Part shown: in pieces, positions 36,801 through 49,924 of the stretch | Position numbering within the stretch: position 1 is the stretch's first letter | Layout of the letters: the number at the start of each line of letters is the position of its first letter | Source: Macrostomum lignano | Taxonomy: Eukaryota | Direction: 5' to 3' | Assembly (NCBI GenBank): GCA_002269645.1 | Contig: NIVC01001848.1 | Coordinates: 124,001-188,000, forward strand | Length of the DNA stretch: 64,000 bases | The notes under the pieces: generated by a model | Databases searched by the model: none | What the model saw: the letters and a program-made list of their open reading frames with translations, nothing else | What the model was told of the DNA's origin: nothing | Made by a program: the position numbers and the translations under genes

Positions 36801-39800
36801 AGGCAAGGGATACAGGCAGGGGCAGACAGGCAAGGGATACAGGTAGGGGCAGACAGGCAAGGGATACAGGCAGGGGCAGACAGGCAAGGGATATAGGCAG
36901 GGGCAGACAGGCAAGGGATACAGGCAGGGGCAGACAGGCAAGGGATACAGGTAGGGGCAGACAGGCAGGGGCAGACAGGCAGGGGCAGACAGGCAAGGGA
37001 TACAGGCAGGGGCAGACAGGCAAGGGATACAGGCAGGGGCAGACAGGCAAGGGATACAGGCAGGGGCAGACAGGCAAGGGATACAGGTAGGGGCAGACAG
37101 GCATGGGGCAGACAGGCAGGGGCAGACAGGCAGGGGCAGACAGGCAGGGGCAGACAGGCAAGGGATACAGGCAGGGGCAGACAGGCAAGGGGCAGACAGG
37201 CAGGGGCAGACAGGCAGGGGCAGACAGGCAGGGGCAGACAGGCAGGGGCAGACAGGCAAGGGATACAGGCAGGGGCAGACAGGCAAGGGATACAGGTAGG
37301 GGCAGACAGGCATGGGGCAGACAGGCAGGGGCAGACAGGCAGGGGCAGACAGGCAAGGGATACAGGCAGGGGCAGACAGGCAAGGGATACAGGCAGGGGC
37401 AGACAGGCAAGGGATACAGGTAGGGGCAGACAGGCATGGGGCAGACAGGCAGGGGCAGACAGGCAGGGGCAGACAGGCAGGGGCAGACAGGCAAGGGATA
37501 CAGGCAGGGGCAGACAGGCAGGGGCAGACAGGCAAGGGGCATACAGGCAGGGGCAGACAGGCAGGGGCAGACAGGCAGGGGCAGACAGGCAGGGGCAGAC
37601 AGGCAAGGGATACAGGCAGGGGCAGACAGGCAAGGGATACAGGCAGGGGCAGACAGGCAAGGGATACAGGCAGGGGCAGACAGGCAAGGGATACAGGCAG
37701 GGGAAGACAGGCAGGGGGCTGACAGGCATGGGGCAGACAGGCAGGGGGCTGACAGGCATGGGGCAGACAGGCAGGGGGCTGACAGGCAGGGGATACAGGC
37801 ATGGGGCAGACAGGCAGGGGGCTGACAGGCATGGGATACAGGCAGGAGCAGACAGGCAGGGGGCTGACAAGCATGGGGCAGACAGGCAGGGGGCTGACAG
37901 GCAGGAGGCTGGCAGGCAGGGGATACAGGCATGGGGCAAACAGGCAGGGGGCTGACAGGCATGGGGCAGACAGGCAGGGGGCTGACAGGCAGGGGGCAGA
38001 CAGGCATGGGGCAGACAGGCAAGGGATACAGGCAGGGGCAGACAGGCAGGGGGCTGACAGGCATGGGGCAGACAGGCAGGGGGCTGACAGGCATGGGGCA
38101 GACAGGCAGGGGCTGACAGGCAGGGGGCAGACAGGCAAGGGATACAGGCAGAGGCAGACAGGCAGGGGCAGACAGGCAAGGGATACAGGCATGGGGCAGA
38201 CAGGCAAGGGATTCAGGCAGGGGCAGACAGGCAAGGGATACAGGCTGGGGCAGACAGGCAAGGGATACAGGTAGGGGCAGACAGGCAAGGGATACAGGCA
38301 GGGGCAGACAGGCAAGGGATACAGGCAGGGGCAGACAGGCAAGGGATACAGGCAGGGGCAGACAGGCAAGGGATACAGGTAGGGGCAGACAGGCATGGGG
38401 CAGACAGGCAGGGGCAGACAGGCAGGGGCAGACAGGCAAGGGATACAGGCATGGGGCAGACAGGCAAGGGATTCAGGCAGGGGCAGACAGGCAAGGGATA
38501 CAGGCATGGGGCAAACAGGCAGGGGGCTGACAGGCATGGGGCAGACAGGCAGGTGGCTGACAGGCAGGGGGCAGACAGGCATGGGGCAGACAGGCAAGGG
38601 ATACAGGCAGGGGCAGACAGGCATGGGGCAGACAGGCATGGGGCAGACAGGCAGGTGGCTGACAGGCAGGGGGCTGACAGGCAGGGGATACAGGCATGGG
38701 GCAGACAGGCAGGGGGCTGACAGGCATGGGGCAGACAGGCATGGGGCAGACAGGCAGGGGATACAGGCATGGGGCAGACAGGCAGGGGGCTGACAGGCAT
38801 GGGGCAGACAGGCAGGGGGCTGACAGGCAGGGGGCAGACAGGCATGGGGCAGACAGGCAAGGGATACAGGCAGGGGCAGACAGGCAGGGGGCTGACAGGC
38901 ATGGGGCAGACAGGCAGGGGGCAGACAGGCAGGGGCTGACAGGCAGGGGGCTGACAGGCAGGGGATACAGGCATGGGGCAGACAGGCAGGGGCTGACAGG
39001 CAGGGGATACAGGCATGGGGCAGACAGGCATGGGGCAGACAGGCAAGGGATACAGGCAGGGGCAGACAGGCAGGGGGCTGACAGGCATGGGGCAGACAGG
39101 CAGGGGGCTGACAGGCAGGGGCAGACAGGCAGGGGATACAGGCATGGGGCAGACAGGCAGGGGATACAGGCATGGGGCAGACAGGCAGGGGGCTGACAGG
39201 CATGGGGCAGACAGGCAGGGGGCTGACAGGCAGGGGCAGACAGGCATGGGGCAGACAGGCAAGGGATACAGGCAGGGGCAGACAGGCAGGGGGCTGACAG
39301 GCAGGGGCAGACAGGCAGGGGATACAGGCATGGGGCTGACAGGCAGGGGATACAGGCATGGGGCAGACAGGCAGGGGGCTGACAGGCATGGGGCAGACAG
39401 GCAGGGGCTGACAGGCAGGGGGCAGACAGGCATGGGGCAGACAGGCAAGGGATACAGGCAGGGGCAGACAGGCAGGGGGCTGACAGGCATGGGGCAGACA
39501 GGCAGGGGGCTGACAGGCATGGGGCAGACAGGCAGGGGGCTGACAGGCAGGGGATACAGGCATGGGGCAGACAGGCAGGGGGCTGACAGGCATGGGATAC
39601 AGGCAGGTGCAGACAGGCAGGGGGCTGACAGGCATGGGGCAGACAGGCAGGGGGCTGACAGGCAGGAGGCTGGCAGGCAGGGGATACAGGCATGGGGCAA
39701 ACAGGCAGGGGGCTGACAGGCATGGGGCAGACAGGCAGGGGGCTGACAGGCAGGGGCAGACAGGCAGGGGCAGACAGGCAAGGGATACAGGCAGGGGCAG

Positions 39801-42427
39801 ACAGGCAAGGGATACAGGCAGGGGCAGACAGGCAAGGGATACAGGTAGGGGCAGACAGGCATGGGGCAGACAGGCAGGGGCAGACAGGCAGGGGCAGACA
39901 GGCAGGGGCAGACAGGCAAGGGATACAGGCAGGGGCAGACAGGCAGGGGCAGACAGGCAAGGGGCATACAGGCAGGGGCAGACAGGCAGGGGCAGACAGG
40001 CAGGGGCAGACAGGCAGGGGCAGACAGGCAAGGGATACAGGCAGGGGCAGACAGGCAAGGGATACAGGCAGGGGCAGACAGGCAAGGGATACAGGCAGGG
40101 GCAGACAGGCAAGGGATACAGGCAGGGGAAGACAGGCAGGGGCTGACAGGCATGGGGCAGACAGGCAGGGGGCTGACAGGCATGGGGCAGACAGGCAGGG
40201 GGCTGACAGGCAGGGGATACAGGCATGGGGCAGACAGGCAGGGGGCTGACAGGCATGGGATACAGGCAGGGGCAGACAGGCAGGGGGCTGACAGGCATGG
40301 GGCAGACAGGCAGGGGGCTGACAGGCAGGGGCAGACAGGCAGGGGGCAGACAGGCAGGGGCTGACAGGCAGGGGGCTGACAGGCAGGGGATACAGGCATG
40401 GGGCAGACAGGCAGGGGGCTGACAGGCAGGGGATACAGGCATGGGGCAGACAGGCATGGGGCAGACAGGCAAGGGATACAGGCAGGGGCAGACAGGCAGG
40501 GGGCTGACAGGCATGGGGCAGACAGGCAGGGGGCTGACAGGCAGGGGCAGACAGGCAGGGATACAGGCATGGGGCAGACAGGCAGGGGATACAGGCATGG
40601 GGCAGACAGGCAGGGGGCTGACAGGCATGGGGCAGACAGGCAGGGGGCTGACAGGCAGGGGCAGACAGGCATGGGGCAGACAGGCAAGGGATACAGGCAG
40701 GGGCAGACAGGCAGGGGGCTGACAGGCAGGGGCAGACAGGCAGGGGATACAGGCATGGGGCTGACAGGCAGGGGATACAGGCATGGGGCAGACAGGCAGG
40801 GGGGCTGACAGGCATGGGGCAGACAGGCAGGGGGCTGACAGGCAGGGGCAGACAGGCATGGGGCAGACAGGCAAGGGATACAGGCAGGGGCAGACAGGCA
40901 GGGGGCTGACAGGCATGGGGCAGACAGGCAGGGGGCTGACAGGCATGGGGCAGACAGGCAGGGGGCTGACAGGCAGGGGATACAGGCATGGGGCAGACAG
41001 GCAGGGGCTGACAGGCATGGGATACAGGCAGGTGCAGACAGGCAGGGGGCTGACAGGCATGGGGCAGACAGGCAGGGGGCTGACAGGCAGGAGGCTGGCA
41101 GGCAGGGGATACAGGCATGGGGCAAACAGGCAGGGGGCTGACAGGCATGGGGCAGACAGGCAGGGGGCTGACAGGCAGGGGCAGACAGGCAGGGGCAGAC
41201 AGGCAAGGGATACAGGCAGGGGCAGACAGGCAAGGGATACAGGCAGGGGCAGACAGGCAAGGGATACAGGTAGGGGCAGACAGGCATGGGGCAGACAGGC
41301 AGGGGCAGACAGGCAGGGGCAGACAGGCAGGGGCAGACAGGCAAGGGATACAGGCAGGGGCAGACAGGCAGGGGCAGACAGGCAAGGGGCATACAGGCAG
41401 GGGCAGACAGGCAGGGGCAGACAGGCAGGGGCAGACAGGCAGGGGCAGACAGGCAAGGGATACAGGCAGGGGCAGACAGGCAAGGGATACAGGCAGGGGC
41501 AGACAGGCAAGGGATACAGGCAGGGGCAGACAGGCAAGGGATACAGGCAGGGGAAGACAGGCAGGGGGCTGACAGGCATGGGGCAGACAGGCAGGGGCTG
41601 ACAGGCATGGGGCAGACAGGCAGGGGCTGACAGGCAGGGGATACAGGCATGGGGCAGACAGGCAGGGGCTGACAGGCATGGGATACAGGCAGGAGCAGAC
41701 AGGCAGGGGGCTGACAAGCATGGGGCAGACAGGCAGGGGGCTGACAGGCAGGAGGCTGGCAGGCAGGGGATACAGGCATGGGGCAAACAGGCAGGGGGCT
41801 GACAGGCATGGGGCAGACAGGCAGGGGGCTGACAGGCAGGGGCAGACAGGCATGGGGCAGACAGGCAAGGGATACAGGCAGGGGCAGACAGGCAGGGGGC
41901 TGACAGGCATGGGGCAGACAGGCAGGGGGCTGACAGGCATGGGGCAGACAGGCAGGGGGCTGACAGGCAGGGGATACAGGCATGGGGCAGACAGGCAGGG
42001 GGCTGACAGGCATGGGATACAGGCAGGTGCAGACAGGCAGGGGGCTGACAGGCATGGGGCAGACAGGCAGGGGGCTGACAGGCAGGAGGCTGGCAGGCAG
42101 GGGATACAGGCATGGGGCAAACAGGCAGGGGCTGACAGGCATGGGGCAGACAGGCAGGGGGCTGACAGGCAGGGGGCAGACAGGCATGGGGCAGACAGGC
42201 AAGGGATACAGGCAGGGGCAGACAGGCAGGGGGCTGACAGGCATGGGGCAGACAGGCAGGGGCAGACAGGCAAGGGATACAGGCAGGGGCAGACAGGCAG
42301 GGGCAGACAGGCAAGGGGCAGACAGGCAGGGGCAGACAGGCAGGGGCAGACAGGCAGGGGCAGACAGGCAAGGGATACAGGCAGGGGCAGACAGGCATGG
42401 GGCAGACAGGCATGGGGCAGACAGGCA
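24897..42427. repeat. ~17.5-kb G-rich complex satellite (gacaggcagggg/gacaggcatggggca/gacaggcaagggata monomers) with higher-order duplications
   Basis: Continuous 11-15-bp related monomers. The first ~430 bp is a 33-bp unit. Rare markers recur at ~3.07-kb and 1.425-kb spacings. Confidence 0.97.
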
Positions 42428-43103
42428 CAGTTCGTTAAGCCTACGCACAGAATGGCAGAGGCAAGGAGAGCAGCGGAAGCGCTACCACTGAATGCAGAGA
42501 AGGACCCGAAAGCTCTGTGCATGGCTAAATGACTGGGTTCGAAAATCTCCACAGAGAAGAGAGGAAAAAGGGATGAAGAGAGAGAGAGAGGGACAGAATG
42601 CCATTCATCAAAGCTTAATGGTGTCTAAAAGTTCAACTACCACTGAAAACGTGAGCCAATTTGGAGCCGAAGCGGATGAAGGGAAGGGGCAGCTGAGGGC
42701 GGGAGAGAGGAATGGCTGGCAGGGCCATTGTGCGCGCAGCAATGCAATCGATCACGGAGGGGAGTCCCCAGCCAGCCTGCCTGTGCAGATTGGGGAAGGC
42801 GAATACGAGCTACTCGCTTCCCGTGGAAAATTATTCGATCATAAGCCCGGTGCTGCCCAGGCCTCGGAGCACACGCAGTGCTCATTGGGAGCTGGGAGCT
42901 TCTGAGTGACTGCCTGCCTGTCTGTCAACCGTTTTCATCTGCCTTCGGCCCAATCAGTCACGTTTCATTCTGCTTGGGGCAGCGCTGTGCTCGAGGTCCG
43001 GCTCGTTCTCCCCTCATTTTGCTCTTTTCCCAGCTCGTTGTCCCGTTTTCTTTTTCTCATTTCCGCGTCCTGAGCGGTCATTCTCCTCTATATGAACTCT
43101 CTA

Positions 43104-44050
43104 GTCTGTCTGTTCTGTCTCGCTGTGATGTATCTGTGTCTGTTCTGTCTCACTGTGATGTATCTGTGTCTGTTCTGTCTCGCTGTGATGTACCTGTATC
43201 TGTTCTGTCTCACTGTGATGTATCTGTGTCTGTTCTGTCTCGCTGTGATGTACCTGTGTCTGTTCTGTCTCGCTGTGATGTACCTGTGTCTGTTCTGTCT
43301 CGCTGTGATGTACGTGTGTCTGTTCTGTCTCGCTGTAATGTACGTGTGTCTGTTCTGTCTCGCTGTGATGTACATGTGTCTGTTCTGTCTTGCTGTGATG
43401 TATGTGTGTCTGTTCTGTCTCACTGTGATGTACGTGTGTCTGTTCTGTCTCGCTGTGATGTATCTGTGTCTGTTCTGTCTCGCTGTGATGTACGTGTGTC
43501 TGTTCTGTCTCGCTGTGATGTACGTGTGTCTGTTCTGTCTCGCTGTGATGTATGTGTGTCTGTTCTGTCTCGCTGTGATGTATGTGTGTCTGTTCTGTCT
43601 CGCTGTGATGTACCTGTGTCTGTTCTGTCTCGCTGTGATGTATGTGTGTCTGTTCTGTCTCGCTGTGCTGTATCTGTGTCTGTTCTGTCTCGCTGTGATG
43701 TATCTGTGTCTGTTCTGTCTCGCTGTGCTGTATCTGTGTCTGTTCTGTCTCGCTGTGATGTACGTGTGTCTGTTCTGTCTCGCTGTGATGTATGTGTGTC
43801 TGTTCTGTCTCGCTGTGATGTACATGTGTCTGTTCTGTCTTGCTGTGATGTATGTGTGTCTGTTCTGTCTCACTGTGATGTATCTGTGTCTGTTCTGTCT
43901 CGCTGTGATGTACGTGTGTCTGTTCTGTCTCGCTGTGATGTATCTGTGTCTGTTCTGTCTCGCTGTGCTGTATCTGTGTCTGTTCTGTCTTGCTGTGATG
44001 TACCTGTGTCTGTTCTGTCTCACTGTGATGTATCTGTGTCTGTTCTGTCT
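43104..44050. repeat. 30-bp minisatellite (tgtctgttctgtctcgctgtgatgtatctg), ~31 copies
   Basis: 10-aa periodic ORFs on both strands. Confidence 0.95.
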
Positions 44051-44899
44051 CTGTTCCATCATAATCAACCTCACTCACTATTCACAGAAAGTGCAGTAGT
44101 CAAGCAGCCTTTCACGGGACATCTCCCGTGTTGTTTATTATCCAGCCCAGCCTCTCGAATGCAGTTCTGTCTTTAGCCAAGCTTCTTCAACTTTTCCTAT
44201 CTCTCTCCAAATTCCTTCGCAGCCAGAAGCAGACAGAAGCGCATTGAGAGCAGAGAGAACATGCAGCTGGATGAATACCTGTACCTGCGCCCCCCCCTTC
44301 TCCTCCGCGTGGCAGCTGCTGCCTCGCGTGCTGCTTGGCATTACAGCTGCTTTGCCTGCCTGCCAGCTTTGTGTCTTGCCGTCTTTTTTCCCAGCCCGGC
44401 GAGCAAGGGCGACACTTGTTGCTCTTCTTTATCCCCTGTGGCAGCCCACACGTTTCTTGGCGTTTTTTTCGCCTTTTTTCTGTCATAAAAATTCATATTT
44501 GGACTGAAATTCCCATTCAAATGATTCCCCAATGCACTCTTGCCGAGCGCAGTATGCTTTGCTTTGCCTTGTTCGACTCTCTTCCCAGCTGTTGCGTGGG
44601 CATTGCTAAATCCGACTCCTTGTTCTCTCTTTCTCTCCTGCCAGTTCTTCCCCTTTTATTTCTTACCCCAAGTCTCTGCTAGCGGATTCTTTAGCGAACG
44701 ATAAGAAAGTTCTTAAGAATGGCAAAACTAGTCGATTCTTATAAAGCACGTTTATATTTCTAGGAAACAATAGAAAAAACCTGTCAATTTTTTAGAAAAA
44801 CCGACTAAAACCATGTCTGTTTTTTCGAAGCATGAGCAGATCCGTGTGACTTTCAGAGCAACAGGCCTATTTTTGTGTTTGTTTGTTTCTTAGAAGCAT

Positions 44900-45450
44900 G
44901 AGCAAAGTCACGTCGCTTTCTAAGAAAAACAGTTAGATTCACGTCGCTTTCTTAGAAAACGGTTAGATTCACATCGCTTTCTTAGAAAACGGTTAGATTC
45001 ACGTCGCTTTCTTAGAAAACGGCTACATTTATGTCGCTTTCTTAAAAACGGTTAGATTTATGTCGCTTTCTTAGAACAAACGGTTAGATTCACATCACTT
45101 TCTTAGAAAAACGGTTAAGATTCGCTTCGCTTTCTTAGAAAAACGGATAAATTCACGTCGCTTTCTTAAAAACGGTTAAATTTATGTCGCTTTCTTAGAA
45201 CAAACGGTTAGATTCACATCGCTTTCTTAGAAAAACGGTTAAGATTCGCTTCGCTTTCTTAGAAAAACGGTTAGATTTATGTCGCTTTCTTAGAAAAACG
45301 GTTAGATTCGCGTCGCTTTCTTAGAAAAAAACGGTTAGATTCACATCGCTTTCTTAGAAAAACGGTTAGATTCACATCGCTTTCTTAGATAAACGGTTAG
45401 ATTCGCTTCGCTTTCTTATAAAAACGGTCGTATTCACGTCGATTTCTTAA
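44900..45450. repeat. Degenerate ~30-33-bp minisatellite (tttcttagaaaacggttagattcacgtcgc)
   Basis: About 17 variable units with A-run length variation. Confidence 0.9.
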
Positions 45451-46339
45451 AAAAACTTTACATTTTCTTGAGAAACAGGCAAATTTCTTAAAGAATAAAC
45501 CTGAAAAATACTTTCGTAGCAAGAATTCCGGAAAGTACACGGTTCATTGCTTGTTGTCGAATTTTTCCTGGTGTGTCTGTTTTGCTAAGCCTCTCTGACA
45601 CTCACCTTTACTTGAGTCGTTGCTACCAGCATTGAAGTCATGTGCCTACCGTGACAACAGGATTCAGAAAGCCTCACAAGCCAGCTCCTCCTCCTTGTAT
45701 CGACCGCCACAGCTGCAGCTGCTATGAGCCAAGGACCCTCATCTTAACTGACAGACTTGTTCTCCGTCACATCGACCTGCTGAGACGAAGAAGAATGAGG
45801 AAGGCTCTTAGCCCAGGTTGGGTTGCCAATTTTGGATCCCAATTGTCAAGTGGCTCCTGGCACACCCCGCCTGTCTTCGTGACTGCAGCGTCTTGCGTTC
45901 TCATTTTTCAGCCTCATCGCGTCCGCAGGGAATCGTGTTTTTTGTCTCAGCTGGCCGGAACACAATTTATTCATTTTTCTTTTTTTATCCACTGTTCCCC
46001 TCGAAGGGGTGAGCCGATCAATCAGTCTAAAACAGGTTTTTGCGTGTTTATTATCAGATATAAAAGGTATATGGACGTCAGTATTTTTTTTTAAATTGAG
46101 AAGCTTAATTATTTTTAACAAATTCACGGCTGATAAAAGCCTGAAATGCTGATTGACGCGATATGACGAATCTGCAGCTAAACCCCGGAGACCATGCTGG
46201 TTGTGCGTTTGTCGCTTATGACTATCGTCTGTTTCTTTGAAAATCTTCTATTGCTGGGCGATAGGCCTCCCTCCCATGAGGTTTGTGAGATTCGTTTTTG
46301 ATAGACAGAAAGGAGACTTTGTTACTAGAGAGTTTAACT

Positions 46340-47837
46340 CAATGATTAGATATCGGAGAGAATGACTCACTGATTAGATATCGGAGAGATTGACTCAATG
46401 GTTAGATATCGGAGAGAGTGACTCAAAGATATCGGAGAGAGTGACTCACTGATTAGATATCGGAGAGATTGACTCAATGGTTAGATATCGGAGAGATTGA
46501 CTCAATGATTAGATATCGGACAGATTGACTCAATGATTAAATATCGGAGAGAGAGACTCAATGATTAGATATCGGAGAGAGAGACTCAATGATTAGATAT
46601 CGGAGAGAGTGACTCAATGATTAGATATCGGAGAGAATGACTCAATGATTAGATATCGGAGAGATTGACTCAATGATTAGGTATCGGAGAGAGTGACTCA
46701 ATGATTAGGTATCGGAGAGAGTGACTCAATGATTAGATATCGGAGAGAGAGACTCAATGATTAGATATAGGAGAGATTGACTCAATGATTAGATATCGGA
46801 GAGAGAGACTCAATGATTAGATATCGGAGAGAGTGACTCAATGATTAGATATCGGAGAGAGTGACTCAATGATTAGATATCGGAGAGATTGACTCAATGA
46901 TTAGGTATCGGAGAGAGAGACTCAATGATTAGATATCGGAGAGAGTGACTCAATGATTAGATATCGGAGAGAGTGACTCAATGATTAAATATCGGAGAGA
47001 TTGACTCAATGATTAGATATCGGAGAGAGTGACTCAATGATTAGATATCGGAGAGAGTGACTCAATGATTAGATATCGGAGAGAGAGACTCAATGATTAG
47101 ATATCGGAGAGAGACTCAATGATTAGATATCGGAGAGATTGACTCAATGATTAGATAATGGAGAGAGGGACTCAATGATTAGATATCGGAGAGAGACTCA
47201 ATGATTAGATATCGGAGAGAGTGACTCAATGATTAGATATCGGAAACAGTGACTCAATGATTAGATATCGGAGAGAGAGACTCAATGATTAGATATCGGA
47301 GAGAGTGACTCAATGATTAGATATCGGAGAGAGTGACTCAATGATTAGATATCGGAGAGAGACTCAATGATTAGATATCGGAGAGAGTGACTCAATGATT
47401 AGATATCGGAGACAGTGACTCAATGATTAGATATCGGAGAGAGAGACTCAATGATTAGATATCGGAGAGAGTGACTCAATGATTAGATATCGGAAACAGT
47501 GACTCAATGATTAGATATCGGAGAGAGAGACTCAATGATTAGATATCGGAGAGAGTGACTCAATGATTAGATATCGGAGAGAGTGACTCAATGATTAGAT
47601 ATCGGAGAGAGACTCAATGATTAGATATCGGAGAGAGTGACTCAATGATTAGATATCGGAGACAGTGACTCAATGATTAGATATCGGAGAGAGAGACTCA
47701 ATGATTAGATATCGGAGAGAGAGACTCAATGATTAGATATCGGAGAGAGTGACTCAATGATTAGATATCGGAGAGAGTGATTCAATGATTAGATATCGGA
47801 GAGCGTGACTCAATGATTAGATATCGGAGAGAGAGAC
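46340..47837. repeat. 28-bp minisatellite (gactcaatgattagatatcggagagagt), ~53 copies
   Basis: Period of 28 confirmed (46921 to 46949). Confidence 0.95.
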
Positions 47838-48871
47838 AAAGGCTACACCGATAGGAGAGAGTGGGGTTAAGCCAGAGACACCGATTCACTCAAGTGAGCC
47901 TAGCTAAAGCTGATGACAGTATATTCTGCGTCCTTTGTCTTTCCCAGTCTAATGAGGAGCTAGTCGTGCCCATGTACTTCTATCACAAAAGCTCCACAAC
48001 ACGCCTGTTGCTGGCTTATCCAGCTTTGCACTTTTGGCACGAAAAGTCCTCACCCTCAATTATCTGGAGAGAAGCACCTGCCCTGTAGCAGCTCTGTCAG
48101 TTTTGAGCATCAGCTGAAGCATCTGGACTAATTAACCAACCTGGTCTTTTGTCCCTCTCTGCCTCGAGTCACGAAGTGCTTCACGTTCGTTGAGTCAATC
48201 TCTTGCTCTCCTCCAACCCCTCTAGAAGTCGGTCTTCCCCACTCAAAATTTTGTCCGTGGGTGGACAACTTTATACAAATCAATAATACAATAATATATT
48301 TGCGAGATTCACCAGATACTGTACGCAGGCCGGCACTCACACACACACTCACACAGGGTGTATAGGGCCCGTTGTTGACTTTCTATAAATAGTCAGATAT
48401 GTCACACTTTCTGTGCCTTAGGGGTTGGTGTAAATCGCTTGACAACCTTATTTCTGTGCACAAGTCTGATTTTTTTAGTCAGACGCGTTCTACTGCTGAG
48501 CTTCGTGGTGGAGAACCCAGCCAGCAACCCGAAAATGGAAAGCTGATCCTTGGGAAGCCAGAGTTGAAGCAAACTTGATTTCAAACATCTGCCTAAAAAG
48601 TTGCCCTATGCGAGAAATTTGACACCCGCACCTCATCGCGGCCAGCCTCACCCAATCTTTTTCTGTTTCATTTTTCGCCTTTGCTTATCGCTTCCTCGTA
48701 CAATGCTCGTACTTTTTCATGCTTTTACTTGTGCAAAGGTAAAGAGGAGCTTACTAGGGGGACACCGGGAGGGGAGAGCTTGGCAACAAAAAGATGAGCT
48801 GAAGGGAGATTCAAAAAGTAAAAAATTGTCATTGAATTCCAGATACTGAATTTTAAAGCAGTGTCTTGGGA

Positions 48872-49305
48872 AGTTCCGGTGTGAGATTCAATGCAGTTCC
48901 GGTGTGAGATTCAATGCAGTTCCGGTGTGAGATTCAGTGCAGTTCCGGTGTGAGATTCAGTGCAGTTCCGGTGTGAGATTCAATGCAGTTCCGGTGTGAG
49001 ATTCAATGCAGTTCCGGTGTGAGATTCAATGCAGTTCCGGTGTGATATTCAATGCAGTTCCGGTGTGAGATTCAATGCAGTTCCGGTGTGAGATTCAATG
49101 CAGTTCCGGTGTGAGATTCAGTGCAGTTCCGGTGTGAGATTCAGTGCAGTTCCGGTGTGAGATTCAATGCAGTTCCGGTGTGAGATTCAATGCAGTTCCG
49201 GTGTGAGATTCAATGCAGTTCCGGTGTGAGATTCAGTGCAGTTCCGGTGTGAGATTCAGTGCAGTTCCGGTGTGAGATTCAGTGCAGTTCCGGTGTGAGA
49301 TTCAA
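48872..49305. repeat. 23-bp minisatellite (ccggtgtgagattcaatgcagtt), ~18 copies
   Basis: Period of 23 confirmed (48901 to 48924). Confidence 0.95.
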
Positions 49306-49924
49306 GGTTCTCCATGGCTCAATGTTTTCGAGACTTAAAGAAAGATAATCGCAACAGTGACTATTCGCAGGCAATTAGCAAGCCCTAATCATGCGTTGGT
49401 CCTAATTAGGCATCAGCGCAGCGTGTCGTGAATCCTGACTCGCAAAATTGTCGAGTCGCATGCAGACTAATCCGGACAGGCCATGGCTGATCCAGAAGTG
49501 AGAAGTCCAGAAGTGAGACGGGAAAACAGGAGAGAAAGGAGACAGATAATAAGGGTGACTGATGCCTCGCATTAGCCCCTCAGCTGCTCCAGCCTGTGGC
49601 CCAAATATCCGACTTACCGTCAGGCCGAGTTGCCTTCTTTTAAAAAATCCTCTACCATCCCGTAGGTCTGAGCACAGATTAAAAGTACAGACTAGAGCTA
49701 TAATCCCGTATTAGCCAAACACACGGGTGCAGTGATATTTGACCGGAACTTAATGCGCTGTCATTCTATCTGAATAACAGATGGATATTGTGACACTGGG
49801 ATGTGTTGACCCCTGCAGTCTCCATTATTCTAAGAGATACTGGCCTCTACTCTTTTCCCTCCTCTTCATCATGCCCTGCTTCCCTTTTCTCATTGCCATT
49901 CCATGAGGTACCTTTCTCACCAAT

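Noticed and set aside
42522-42550. A-box/B-box-like motifs (tggctaaatga, ggttcgaaaat)
   Set aside because: Both boxes are imperfect and adjacent, with no cloverleaf, tail or TSD.
24824-42552. Giant minus-strand ORFs (up to 3512 aa, C/P/L-rich) resembling keratin-associated or metallothionein-like proteins
   Set aside because: All three minus frames are open because the + strand almost lacks TTA/CTA/TCA. G-run length variation shifts frames freely, and there is no codon structure or domain. This is a satellite artefact.
45642-46094. 150-aa ORF in unique sequence
   Set aside because: No recognisable motif, a non-ATG start, and an AT-rich 3' half unlike the real exons here.
22760-47837. The two 28-bp minisatellites share period and the hexamers gagtga and tgatta
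   Set aside because: The rest of the units do not align; the similarity is too weak to claim common origin.
48872-49305. Unit gattcaatgcagt resembles the hsp27 ecdysone response element (11/13)
   Set aside because: The mismatches fall in the half-site core positions, and there is no independent support.
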